Positions 1 to 13,132 of a DNA stretch of 64,000 bases are shown piece after piece. Location: assembly GCF_006345805.1 (NCBI RefSeq), contig NC_042998.1:116746001-116810000 (forward strand), in the 5' to 3' direction. Both the position numbers and the translations under genes were made by a program. The notes below the pieces were generated by a model. It searched no databases and had not been told where the DNA came from. It was given only the letters and a program-made list of their open reading frames with translations. The first letter of the stretch is position 1. Each line of letters starts with the position of its first letter. This DNA comes from Octopus sinensis. Taxonomy: Eukaryota.

Positions 1-1787
1 TATTAAAGCTTTCTTGTTTACATATTCTGAATGGTGAGGCATCCAATGAAATATAAATTCTCAGTAAATATGGAAGTTATAAAGTGTATTCCCCAGACAC
101 ATTGTTATGTCGTACATACAAGACATATCTGTGCCGACAGAATATGCATTTATAAGTCAATAAAACAGACTGCAAGGCATAGGCAAAGCAAGCATAGATG
201 ACAAATACTTTATCTTAATGTAAATATTAATATATATTTCTCTTATAGACTATAGCATTTGATAAGTCATTAAAAGCAAAGTACAAATTGCAAATAATAC
301 GAAGATAATCACTCTAATAATATATTCAGTGATTTGGATGCTACGAAAACACGGTAATCGCAAAACGCTTTTAACCTCTACTCTTAATTCAGACCGTGGG
401 GCCAATGATAACTAGTAAGTAAGAATAATGGAATATTTAAGAAAATTCTTAAACGCGAACTCAGCATGTTTGTATGTGGAACAGTTACTGAGTGATCATT
501 CAACAAATAGCGAGAATTGATAATCTGTAACAGAGTTACATATAAGGGTTATAAGAATAACAAGATATCGAAATGTGTCCGTTGAATGTCACAGACGAGT
601 AGCGATTTGCACGGCGTCCAATGTACAATCCTTCATTTATTGTACTGATTTGTCTTTTCACATGCTGTAAGTTACAACAAATATAACTTCAAGCAAAGGG
701 GCATTCATAGACGAAGGCAAGCAAGAAATGTTCAAAATATATATAATTGACAGTTAGAAACTGGAAAATAAATATTTAATATGCCTCAGCCGATCTCTGC
801 CTCTTAGAACTATATTGTATTTGCACATCTAACAAACACATTTTTATAAGATTTTAAAATTGTTAATTATAGTTATAACCTTTTTCGTAGATTGAATGCA
901 TTGTTTGAATATAATTTCATGAACATATCTCTAATAAATGTTTACTTTGTATTGCTAGTGTAAATCAGAAGTTTGTATGAGACATGCATTCTGGTGCTAT
1001 GTTAATTAGGGTTGTGCTTTTTTTAAAGTCTACGCTAATAATTCCGAATGACAACTGTATTAGTACTGTTGTCCCCACGCATGTATAAATCTGACGTTGG
1101 AAGAACTTTTCATTGTCTTTGTCGCCAAAGGGGAGCTGTCGAAACAAATTTACCAAGTATTTATAGTGTTAGAACTAACATGCTAGTCCAATACCTCTTT
1201 TCTACCAGGTTTGGATTCTTCGAATCCTTTTCATCACATGTTGTTTCGATTTTATTCATTCTCCAAAATATTGGTAAATAATGGTTTAGATGTCAAACTG
1301 TCAATTTATGTAATTATAAAAACATTTATTTGCATTTCATTCGAACCATTCCCATATAAATTTACTTCAATACATAAACGATTTTTTTAATGTCATTTTC
1401 AGCGTTATGTATTCAGTTGTGTTTTCAAACGAATCATATTTGCTCACCGTATTCGCGCATAATTAGCAGAATATTCTGCAGAAAAGTGTATATTGTACTT
1501 AAAATACTCGAGCGAAATAAGGATTTCGTTGTGTGTGAGAAAGCTGTTGCAATTTAACTGCAGATACAATACGTCACCCAAAAATCCTTTTCATATGGGT
1601 CGACTCGAACCTATGGAAAATTGCATTTACCAAGATACAAGCCAGGAACATAAAATATGTGGTTTCGCCCATGCTAAGGAAGCTCCTTCGTATGCGAATG
1701 AATAAGAATGTCCATTTTCATGGTTAATAGTTCGATATATGTGTTTGTCTATAGTGTGTTTATATACACATATGTTTATATACACAG

Positions 1788-1837
<50 letters not shown>

Positions 1838-1841
<4 letters not shown>

Positions 1842-2856
1842 TCCCACAGCAATATCATATCTTCTCCACTACGATTCCCTAAAACTTGAGAACTACACAA
1901 CCAATTTCATTCAAACTTTACACATGCCTTACTTAGAGTCCATGTAGTTCCATGGGCAAAAACATGTTCAACTTCTTGCCTAGAGCGAGCCCTTATCAAT
2001 ATCATATCTTCTCCACTATTTCGGTATTACGTGTTAAAAGTGAAACAAAAACATTTCTCTATTATATGTCAGATACTTTCAATTTAACAATAAAAATAAT
2101 AATAACAATTGAATTATACGTAGTACGTAATAATTAAAATCAAACTAAAGTATAATATAATCTTAACATAACAAAAATAAAAATAGCAATTTGTATAAAA
2201 TTGCATCAATGACTTGAACTTGAATAAATGGTTTCACATGAATGGGAATAAATTAAAAATAAAATTAGGGTGCAGAAATGGAATAGTCCAGATGGATAAT
2301 AAAAAATTAAATTAAAGAAAAGACTATTGTCTATAAAGTACGCAATGTAGAGAAAAAAGAAGATTTGAACACCTGGAGGAAAGCACCATTGAAAAGTGTC
2401 TTGGTGCGACTATGAAAGATATCTAACCAGAGGCGGTAAATTCGCCACAATAGAAGCAAGGTTCGAGTCAACGGAGCGTTCAAGGGAGTACTCGACTCGA
2501 ACTTGCAAAGTGGAAATATATTTTTACCTTTATATCTGGGACGTAGGACGTACCGGATAAAAATTAAAAGTGCCACCGCACCCCAGAAATTGATGTAGGC
2601 TGGATTGTAGCCACACTTCTATACAAGAGGGAGGACAAGATAGAATTGATCGAAATTGCAAGAGACGGGCTCACAATTCCAGTCAGTTATATATATTGAG
2701 TATTGTTATCACTAGCGATATCAAGATATAACTTTGTATTTTGTATTTTATATGTAGATTTATATATATAGATGTACATATAATATGTACATATCTATAT
2801 ACACATATATACATCCACTAGCACTATGATCCGGCAATGACGGGTCATAAAGCTAG
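1838..2856 (+). mobile_element. Non-autonomous Helitron-like element (3' end clear, 5' boundary approximate)
   Basis: Ends in hairpin ATGATCCG-gcaatga-CGGGTCAT (2826-2848) followed by CTAG (2853-2856) and T, the canonical Helitron 3' terminus. Internal 22-bp direct repeat CAATATCATATCTTCTCCACTA at 1850-1871 and 1997-2018. No Rep/helicase ORF. Confidence 0.6.
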
Positions 2857-2869
2857 TATATATATAATC

Positions 2870-3133
2870 TTTTTATTTCTCCATTATTATTAGCGCTTTC
2901 GTTCGTTTCTCGAACATGTCAAATAAAATTTTGGGAATGTACAAACAGCTTATTCGTTTATCTTTTCTTTTGGTAGGGTTGTGTAGAAAAATAGAACATT
3001 GTTTTTGGTTTTTTGGGGTGAGGATCCAGGATAATGGAGACAGATCGATAGAAATCTAGGTAGGTAGATAAGCTGATAGATAGATATAATTATAGATAGA
3101 TAGATAGATAGATAGATTGTCCGACAGACAACC

Positions 3134-3216
<83 letters not shown>

Positions 3217-3235
3217 GGAGAGAGAGAGAGAAAGA
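2870..3235 (+). repeat. Left arm of a long, diverged inverted repeat (partner 5875-6158)
   Basis: CATTATTATTAGCGCTTTCGTTCGTTTCTCGAAC...GAATGTACAAACAGCTT...GGGGTGAGGATCCAGGATAATGGA aligns in order with the reverse complement of about 6000-6158, then (GATA)n/(GA)n mirrors (CT)n/(CTAT)n at 5875-5990. Confidence 0.8.
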
Positions 3236-3550
3236 GACCCCATTTCCTATTCACCGATTATTTATATATTTATTTATTTACTCACCATTGTACTGGAACG
3301 TTTTTAAGTATGGTGACCTCTTCCAAAAGAAAAAAGAATCAGGTGCGGTGCGATCATCGCTGAAGGTCTTTTCGGTTTCTTTCTCTCTTCCTCTCTTCAT
3401 TCTCCCATTCTCTTTGTTTTTCCTCTTTCCATTTCTCCTCTTTGAGTTATATTTAGAATACAAAATGTAGTATATCCCCTTTTCTTTCAAACATTCAATT
3501 TAGGAGGTAATATTGTGATGAAATGTACTTCTGCATGACGACACCGCACC

Positions 3551-3897
3551 TTTTTTTTTACTTGCTTCAATCATTTGACGGCGGCCATGCTGGAACACCG
3601 CCTTTAGTCGAGCAAATCGACCCCAGGACTTATTCTACCGGCCTCTTTTGCCGAAACGCTAACTTACGGGGACATAAACACACCAGCATCGGTAGTCAAG
3701 CGATGATGGAGGGACAAGCACAGACACACAAACATATACACACACACACATATATACGACGGTTTTTTTTCAGTTCCCGTGAAACAAATCAACTTACAAG
3801 GCTTTGGTCGGTCTGAGGCTATAGTAGAAGACACTTGCTCAAGGTGCAACGCAGTGGGACGGACCCCGGAACCATGTGATTGTTAAGCAAGCTACTT
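3551..3897 (-). mobile_element. tRNA-derived SINE family A, nearly full length (lacks first ~20 nt)
   Basis: Reverse complement aligns along its length with 58474-58872: head, internal (CA)/(TA) tract and tail GGCGGTG(T)TCCAGCATGGCCGC. Confidence 0.9.
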
Positions 3898-5800
3898 TAT
3901 TTTGTATCATTTGCCATAAAGGCAAGTACACAGCTATGTAGCTTTGCGGACTGGACAAGACATTAATGAGGCGAATAATAATAATACAAGATGATAAAGA
4001 TGAGAGAAGACAGAAAGCGCCCGCCGACCCTTTGCTTCTCTAAAACATTCTTCGTTAAAAAAACATATATAGAGGCATTAAACTTCTTACAAATATATAC
4101 AAAAAACTGGACTAGAAGTCCACACAAATGAAACGAACCTTATACACATAAATTTGGAGGCGATAAACTCCTTACATTACTCCCCAATTAACTCTTTTGC
4201 GACCTGCAGATATTCCTGCAACTACCAATCGGAACCAAAAAAAAGTAATCTGTAGTCCTCCTTTGGGAAGTATCTTGACCTGTGGAAAAATTATTTTCTT
4301 TCCAGTACCAGTGCAGCCACCTGCGAAGGACACACTGGACTGTCGATAAAAATCCGGTTCATTAGAACCCGACTATCAAGATTATTCTCCACATACACTT
4401 TAATCGCCCCTCCCCTGCGATAGAGGAATGCAAATTCCTCATCACTTTCATTGAGAGGGCCCGCAAATACCTTGCTCGGTGACACACATCTCACCGACGA
4501 GGTTTCCTTCTTCTCCCACTCTGGTGACACACATCCCACCGAAGGGATTTCGGAATATTCCGTCGCCTGCAATGCCCATATTTTTCTTTTTCTTCTTTTT
4601 TTTTCCTTTTTGCGACGGGAGGGTGGAGTTCCTCCGATATGCCCGGAGCTCCCCCCCCGCCACCTCAGTAACCATTGTTGCCCACTATATTCTTCTTACT
4701 ACCTTTTCTCGAGGAGATTACCTCCTACTCGACTTTCTCCCTCTCTAACTCCCTCCCTCCAATGAAGAAACAGGATGTTCCATTAGGGAAACAGGGGAAT
4801 TACAGTCATCATCAATCAACTGATCCAGGACCTTCGGCTGGTCCCGGTAACAATTCTTCTTCATGTGCCCTGATTCCTAGCACAGATGACACTTCAGGAG
4901 GCATCCCTCAATGATCATCGGGTGCGTGGAACCGGGCATTGTCAAGAAATCTGGTAAAACCAGTTCTTCGGCCGATTGGGCCCGTAGGGTCAAATTGCTT
5001 TTGACCAGAACCAATCGACCGCAGGCAGTATTTTTACATTCATGAGCCTCGACATATAGAATCTTCTATCCATCGAGCCTCTTTACCGGGCGGCAGCCCA
5101 CACACTCAGCGTCTTGTCAATTTGCGACCACCATAGGTAGGGAGAATCAAAATCTTCCTTCCATCCATAGGTTGGCTCGCAAATTTCTGAGCCTCCGTAG
5201 GGGTGTCGAAAAACACGATCACCATTTGCACCCCTACGGATGAACCTAGAAGTTGGCGCAAACCCCTCCAACTCTTCTTCAATTTCTGTCTGAGAGAATA
5301 CACAGATGGTGTCGCGGACCTTGCAATATGTCCGCAACATCACCATTCTCTCATCATTGCTTTTTCGCCACTCCTTGGGGGCCACAATTCGCAATTCCAA
5401 GGCTTTCTTACATTTGTTCGCCATTAATAAAATAAGCTAAAATATAAATGTCCTCAACAAAACCAAAAATGTTGAAACAAAAGTCTCTAATCCAAACACA
5501 AAAAAGAGCAGAAAGACAAACAAGTGAAAAAGAACGAAGGAAGACAGTTCAAAAGACAACAAAATTCAACCGACGTAATCCTTTGTAGCACAGTTAAAAA
5601 TCACTTGCGGCACAAAATTAGCAGCAAAAGATTCCTCCAATTCTGGTTGTACTCCAAATGGTAAAATCCACGAAGTGCACACAGTCACATAAAATCACAA
5701 ATTTTCGGAGGGACATTCCTCCCGAAAACATAGACAATTCTCACTAGAAAGGGAATATTTTAGTACGACCACTGGCAAACAAATATCTGGAACACAGTGG
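3898..5800 (-). mobile_element. Degenerate non-LTR retroelement carrying only a gag-like ORF1 (RRM-like region plus CCHC zinc knuckle), Tx1/L1-like
   Basis: ATG at 5424 (MANKCKKALELRIVAP...). Frameshifted continuation VIVFFDTPTEAQKFASQPMDGRKILILPTYGGRKLTRR*VCGLPPG, then C-H-L-C-*-E-S-G-H-M-K-K-N-C at about 4850-4892 (CX2CX4HX4C with one TAG). GC-richer than flanks, ~370 bp putative 5'UTR, AATAAA near 3898. No endonuclease or RT motifs seen. Confidence 0.65.
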
Positions 5801-5874
5801 AGACCCTTGTTTGAAAAATTAATAAACAATACGAACAACAGATCGCAATAAATAGTGAATACGAAGGAGGATCC

Positions 5875-6158
5875 CCTTCTCTCTCTCTCTCTCTCTCTCT
5901 CTCTAGAGATCTATCTATCTCTGTATCTATCTATCTCTCTATCCATCTATCTATCTCTCTATCTATTAGCCTATCTACCTACCTATATTTCTATCTATCC
6001 ATTGTCATGGAACCTCACCCCCCCCAAAAACAAAAATAACGTTCTCTTCTGATGAACAAAATCCCCCCAAAACGTCTGTTTTAAACAAATGAACAAGCTA
6101 TTTGTACATTCACAAGTTCGAGAAACGAACGAAAGTGCAAATAATAATGAAATAAAAA
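5875..6158 (-). repeat. Right arm of the long inverted repeat (partner 2870-3235)
   Basis: GTTCGAGAAACGAACGAAAGTGCAAATAATAATGAAATAAAAA at about 6116-6158 is the reverse complement, with substitutions, of the start of the left arm. Confidence 0.8.
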
Positions 6159-6224
6159 TTTACTTTTACAACTCCTGACGACTTTTTCTCAATTTTCAAT
6201 TTCTTTATATCACACCTAACACTC

Positions 6225-6273
<49 letters not shown>

Positions 6274-9042
6274 GCGCATATATATATGCACGTATGTGTA
6301 TGTGTGTGTATTTGAGTATATGTGTGTGTACATGCTTGCATATGTGTGAGTGAGGAAGAGAAAAAGAATAATAAGGATAAACAAGCTAATAAATTAGTTT
6401 ATTCTTGCCTGACTATCCCTTGTGCTTGACCATTTGGAACAGCTGTTTTCTGCCTTCAACAGCGGTAATTCTGAAAGGCGCGAAGGAATTACTATGTAAA
6501 TCTGTGTGTATCGTTATTGCTCCTACCTTTGCTTTGCAATTCATAACAAGTAACACTAGTAGGCATACAATTTACTTAAGAAGTAAACGGAATACAGAAT
6601 GATGGATTATGAAAAATCTACGTGAAGGTTTAAACATAGCAGCATCAATTGTAGTTGTGTATTCATTCGTACCCATAATTTCTACTACATATGTTTCGGT
6701 GTGTGTGTGTATGAGAGAGAGAGAGAGAGAGCGAGTGCGTTTGCGTGTGAATGTGTGTATTTGTGTGTGCGTGTGTATGTGAGTGTGTGTGAGGGAGTTT
6801 AAAACTCTTGTGTAATCGATTATCTAAAGTGTAATTGATGAGATAAAATAAAGCAAAATATATCATTTGCCTTCTTCGTTCAGTTTTAAATACTAGACCA
6901 GCCCCCAATATTCCATTTAAAGCATTTCCTAAAAGTTTTTGTTTGTGTAATGTCATTGGAGTTATGCCGTTTGCTGCTTCTAAATTTTGAATACATCGAG
7001 ATGGAGCTATATTTAATAATTTGCGTATATTATTTTTGTTTTATTTAGAGCGATTTGTATGCTGATATATATGTGCATAAATGCATATGCACATACACAA
7101 ACACAAGCGTATATTTTTATTGGCTGTTCTTTTGTTAATACTCTTTGTATAAACGATAGAAATTTTATCTGAAAATTTTTACCGTTAATATTATAGTAGT
7201 ACTTTACGAATTGTTTTGAATATAATGATATACAAATAGAATAATTACTATAATTATTTATTTTTCTAAATAAATATGTGTGCATTGCCATTTAAAAATT
7301 TAGCACAATAACTTTTATTTGTACATATATTTTAATATCACCTTATTTATTGCCTTGTAATATTGTATCTCACAAACGTATGTATTCATTTAAAACTGTT
7401 GTGAACAATATGAATATTTCCATCATTGTGCACACATATTTCCGTTATTTGCTGTGTTTTGTAATATTTTTAATCGATACTGATTGCAATTATTTAATAC
7501 ATTCTCCAAAGTGCCTTCAGAAATCCATTTAGAATCAACTCTATTAATAATAAATACACACCATGGAAGTATTTATAATGAATATCAATTTTTGGAGATG
7601 GTATTTAATTAAATTGTTTAGATTCTTTCTATGCATCGACTGTTCCTGAAAACCCCAAATTGTTTATATATCCCATGAATTATTAAACTTATAAATTTAG
7701 ATTTCTGCTTCAGCAATTCAGCAGTATATTAGAGAATATTCAATGCATTTAAAATGTACTCCAAACATATTTTAGGCTTAAATTTTAGATATCGCGGAAT
7801 GGTTTATCTTAAAATCACATTTGCAACAAATGTCACCATATCATGAATCAAATTCACATGTATATTCATAAATGGGAGATTAACAACTGGAACTAACATT
7901 TTAAGTCATAGTTTGATGCACTATATACATTATATATGTTATAAGTATTAGTTATTTACAGATTTGATGCCATATTCCATACAATGTGCAATATATAATA
8001 TCATAACAATGCATGAGATAATGCAATTTATTGAGGGATCTGAGAAATTGCTAACGTGAAGTAATCAATGAAATAAAGTAACATGAAAACGACTAACCTT
8101 AAACCAAAATTTCTTTCTGCATACAAGAAGTAATGGCAGGTGTGCATCCTCAATTTACAATACATTAAATTAATTTGCACATTTCACACTACTGCTCAAT
8201 GTTAAAGATGTAAGACTTCCCATTTTTTCGTGTGCATTAAAAAAGGTAGACTTGGCCTTGCCTATGTACATAATGCAGCATCGGCAGAATGCGAATCAAT
8301 GTAATCCAGACTCATTTTTAGCATCTTGTATACTCGATTATCTGCACTATTTTAAAAATTAAGGCAGAATTTCAGCATGTAAACGTTGAAATATTGCGCA
8401 ATTCAAAAGCACAATGAAATTAAGCTACACGTGGCCATAAGGTGTTGCGGTATCAGAAAGTCTCTTCCGTTTGAACATTATGTTCGGAAACTATTCAAGA
8501 GTTTGAAGGAATTAATTTAAAATAGCGAAAATAAATGCGCCTTTGCGTTTCTGAAACGTGATGAGGTTAGCAATCTTTAATTATAAAGCAACAGAACATA
8601 TGCTATAATATCATTGAACGGGACTTTAGAAAGCGTTAATGTGACCGGTACACTGGGATATAAAGATCAAGACGTATTCTATTCAAAGGAAGATAACTGT
8701 CACATTTTGCATAAGGCTATCTTTTATGTTGCTCGTGGTAGTGTAAATTTGATTAATACATGAAATATATTAAATGATTGGATGTAAATGATAAAACTCT
8801 ATATTATGGAGTTTATGGTCCAACAATGGATATAGTCTGTCAAAGTAATAGTAATATAAAACTTATTTCAGTGTTATTTGATAAATAACTGTAGAAAACA
8901 ATTAATCGAACTTATAGGTAAGTGGAAAATATATTGTCTAAGGATATTAAACAGTGATTAGAAGAGCTGTTTAGGAACCATATACAGCTCATGCTGAGAT
9001 ATACATAGATACATACATATATATGTGTGTGTGTATGTATAC

Positions 9043-9334
9043 ATCACCGTGATCACCGTGACCGAGCAGGCCATCAGATGTTATTACACATCGCTGGTCA
9101 CAATGCGCTTCGCATTGTTTTAGCCTTCAAATGACGCCACCCCGCTGACTAAGCGAGCAGGCGAACAGAACAAAGTTGTGGCGAAACAGTACAGCAGGGA
9201 TCGCCACCACTACCTGCCGGAGCCTCGTGGAGGTTTAGGTATTTTCGCTCAATAAACACTCACAACGCCCGGTCTGGGATTCGAAACTGCGATCCTACGA
9301 CGGCTGCCCTAACCATTAGGCCATTGCGCCTCCA
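9043..9334 (-). mobile_element. tRNA-derived SINE family B, tail type B1
   Basis: Head TGGAGGCGCAATGGCCTAATGGTTAGGGCAGC with A/B-box-like motifs. Tail ...CCAGCGATGTG...GGTCACGGTGATCACGGTGAT matches 46145-46431. Confidence 0.9.
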
Positions 9335-9335
9335 C

Positions 9336-9574
<239 letters not shown>

Positions 9575-12383
9575 AGGGATGATTCATTTCGTTGCTTTGT
9601 TTCCTTGACAAGCAAACTGACTATTTTAAATAACACTTTGAAATGATGGTATCTAACCCTACATTGGATAATGCATTATGTAGATGTTTTCTCAAAAGAT
9701 ATAAATCGTCATACCTTCAAAGGCTGTTATCTTGACACGGTTAAATCAAACGTAAATTATTACCGCTTCAGCTATTACACTAACGCAAAGAATAACAACA
9801 TTAACAACGACAGCAACGGGAAAAACAAAGACTAAATGCAATATCTATTCATTTCTAGTAAAACAATACATTGTATTTCACTACGACTGGAACCTGATGC
9901 TGATAATATTTATATATTTAATATTTATATAGGTGTACAATAATAGTCAACGCTATCTCACGTATATTAATTTCGAAATCAATTTAATATACCTATATTG
10001 AATAAAAAACTATCGTTTATATTGTTGCCACCTATGCAGGATATATGGCTATACACAATATTATGGCAAATTCCCAGTGAAGACGAACGTTCTATTTTAT
10101 TTTTTTCCCCTCAAATCACTTTTGATCTCCGAGAGCTACTTGATCCACTTTTATTAAAATTTAAATTCCGAGCGCACATACAAATTGTGATCATGAATAA
10201 ATTATAACCTTATAAAGAATCTCTAATCCAAAGGAGCAAATTTATGAACTGGAAATAGCAATGCAGCTTTTACCAACCAGCTACATAGTGATTGTATAAT
10301 ACAGTCCAATGCTTAAACAGTTAATATGTACTGTTAATTTAGAATATTATAAGGTGATACTGATACATCTGTGTAGACTACTACAAAACGTGTTCTTAAG
10401 AAATAAACAGCGCATTCTTTTATGTGAACTCACTTTTATTTATTTGACACACGCAGCAGGTTGAGAAATCGATGCAAAGATATTTACTTAACGTATGATT
10501 TAACAAGCCTGGTTCTAATAAACATTATGCATACCCTTCCTAATTTACTGGCCATAATCTTTCCCTTTTTTGTCTACGCTGGTATCACCGACCACTTCAT
10601 CAGATACCTTCGTGAACAAAGTTTGACGTTTTTATTTAAGGGGCGATGTTTCTGGATATATTTAACAATCAATTACTTGCTCTGTCATTCGTTCCCTTTT
10701 CATACCTCCATGAATTCAGTCGTGCGGTTTTCAACTATTATATTCCCTTGCAAGTACGTAAATACGGTCACACTTTTTTCTTATGACAAATATTTACTTT
10801 CGGTTCTTCTCCCCACCGTTCTCCATTCTAATTCTGGTTATTATCATCTACTTCCAGTGTAGATTATCTTCATGACACCCTGAAGCGAAACACGAACAAT
10901 TCGTCTCCTTTGAATTCCCGCCTCATTTGCTCGAGAACGCTTCTATGCAAGAAAGTTGGATACATACTTTTTTCCAGTGGGATTATTGACTGAATTAACT
11001 TAACATACAATAATGGTAATGCCCTATAGAAAGAACAATGTTTGCATATGGGTGAAGGCTTTAAAGAAGTGTAAGCTAACATTGAAAGCAAACAACACAA
11101 TAGAAGACAACCAACAACAATCATTATCACGAATCACCAGAAAGTAGGCAATGTAATTCGCACGGACCAATGAGTCACAATTTATGTAATATAACTGTAG
11201 TATTTTCACAATGCATTACAGAAAACAGTGGAATATCTTGCAATATGTGTTAAAATTATGTACCCTGTCAGTTGAATCTCGTCGATTGAAACACGATGTA
11301 AGACAGAGAGATTTGGAAGATTAATCATATATGCTAGCAATGTTTAAAGAAAATATACACGCGTTGTTTGAATTCTGGCTACAGAGGATGGATGATGGAT
11401 GTTTCCTTATGATCAGGGAAAGAAGTCCTTTGCATGGAATAACAAGTCTTCTCCAATCCTTTAGTAGTTTAAGAGTCAGCGATCGACATATTACCTCATA
11501 GTTACTGTTTTGGATTTAGTAAAGGCATCATTTTCATTGTGAAACGCAAACGTTTTGTGGACCGTACAATGAGAGACTAAAAAATTTACACAAGCTATCT
11601 GAAGGACGTGATCGGACAAGAATCTAAAACAATCCATAGCCACCCGGGAAATGAGTGACCAATACATATTGGGCAACAAAACAGGCTAGAAGTTAATTGT
11701 AATTCCTCATCCCCCTATATATCACGGACCATGTTGAGGAAGTCTTACACTACGATCATATACAATTCTGAATTACTTTCTGTGGAATATTTATATGTTA
11801 TCTATTGCTGGCTTTGTAGTGTGACCAGAATATATTTTTCTTGAATTCCATTCAATAAATCAAACATAAGGCATCCATTCAATTCAATTAACAAAATTAG
11901 GCATACATGCACTAGTTGTTATCAAATAACCGTGGAAAGTAAATTTGCATACGAGATGTTCAACGTTTGTTTCGAAATCCGAAAGAGAATATTTATTCAT
12001 TCCACTTTCACTAAAGATTACAAGGAATCTACTTCATTAATAAAATCAGTAAGTTTCTTAAGTAACTGGTCATTTTATTTTATTTTATTCTATGTTTACT
12101 AGAAATGAAATTTTTTAAATCTACAAGCTCATTAACGTATTATTTCCGAGTACCGTTTGTAGCTATATTCAGGACATTTGTATTTTTCATACTTTTATAT
12201 TTTCATGGAAATATTTGACTTATATTTTGAGACGGTAGATGGATATAGAATATTTTATAATTTCCTAAATAACAGTTGTAAAAGGGTGAAAAAATAATGA
12301 AAGAAACTGATTTAATTGTTTTGGCATACATATTCACACACACACACACACACACACACATACATACATACACACACACACAT

Positions 12384-12470
<87 letters not shown>

Positions 12471-12512
12471 GAAAGAATGGAGGTGAACGAAGATTTTAAC
12501 AAAATTCCTTTA

Positions 12513-12595
12513 CTCTCAACACATGTTTCGAAGACTGCATACTCTTAATTCCGAAGGAATAAAGGGTGCATTATGCCGTATTCTCATGAGGAAAG
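12513..12595 (-). ncRNA. Hammerhead ribozyme motif with mutated core (CUCAUGA), probably inactive
   Basis: CUUUC-CUCAUGA-GAAUAC...GUCUUC-GAAAC-AUGU-GUU-GAGAG. G5-to-C change in the core and one mismatch in helix II relative to the 14664 copy. Confidence 0.7.
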
Positions 12596-13132
12596 ACAAC
12601 GAACCCCTATCTGCATCAAGACGAACAAAAACCTTTTGATGACTGCTTACATGGTGTCCACAGTGATAATGATAATGAGTGTTTTTATTTAATAATCCGT
12701 TATAAGCAATGGCGTCAAAATTGGTTGGAAGGAGGAAGTTCTAAAAATAGGAAGGGGACAGTATGTATGCTGTATGTATGGGGATGCGCGGGTGTTTGCT
12801 TTTGTTAGTGAGTTTGATTGTTTATGCGCGTGTATGAGTGTGTCCATAACTGCATTTGTGCCTCTGTGTGTGTGTGTGTGTAATTGTGTGTGTGGGGAGA
12901 ACAATTTTCAAATATATTTAGTAGTGAGGTGACAAATTTGTGTCTGTGTGTTTGATTGTGCGTATGATAGAGAGAGAGGGGGGTAGAGGTAGAGAGAAAG
13001 AGATAAACATACGCGAACGATATTTAGTAGTAATGTTTCATGCAACGAAGTAGACAGAAATAATTTGTCTATGGCAGTGGTGTACACGTGAAACTAATTA
13101 TTAAAACCAAAGAGGTTATCTATATTATTTAT

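Noticed and set aside
6049-6140. CTGATGA followed downstream by GAAAC/GAAA in the right IR arm (possible hammerhead)
   Set aside because: No helix II pairing between the bases after CTGATGA and those before GAAA, and the left arm lacks the core.
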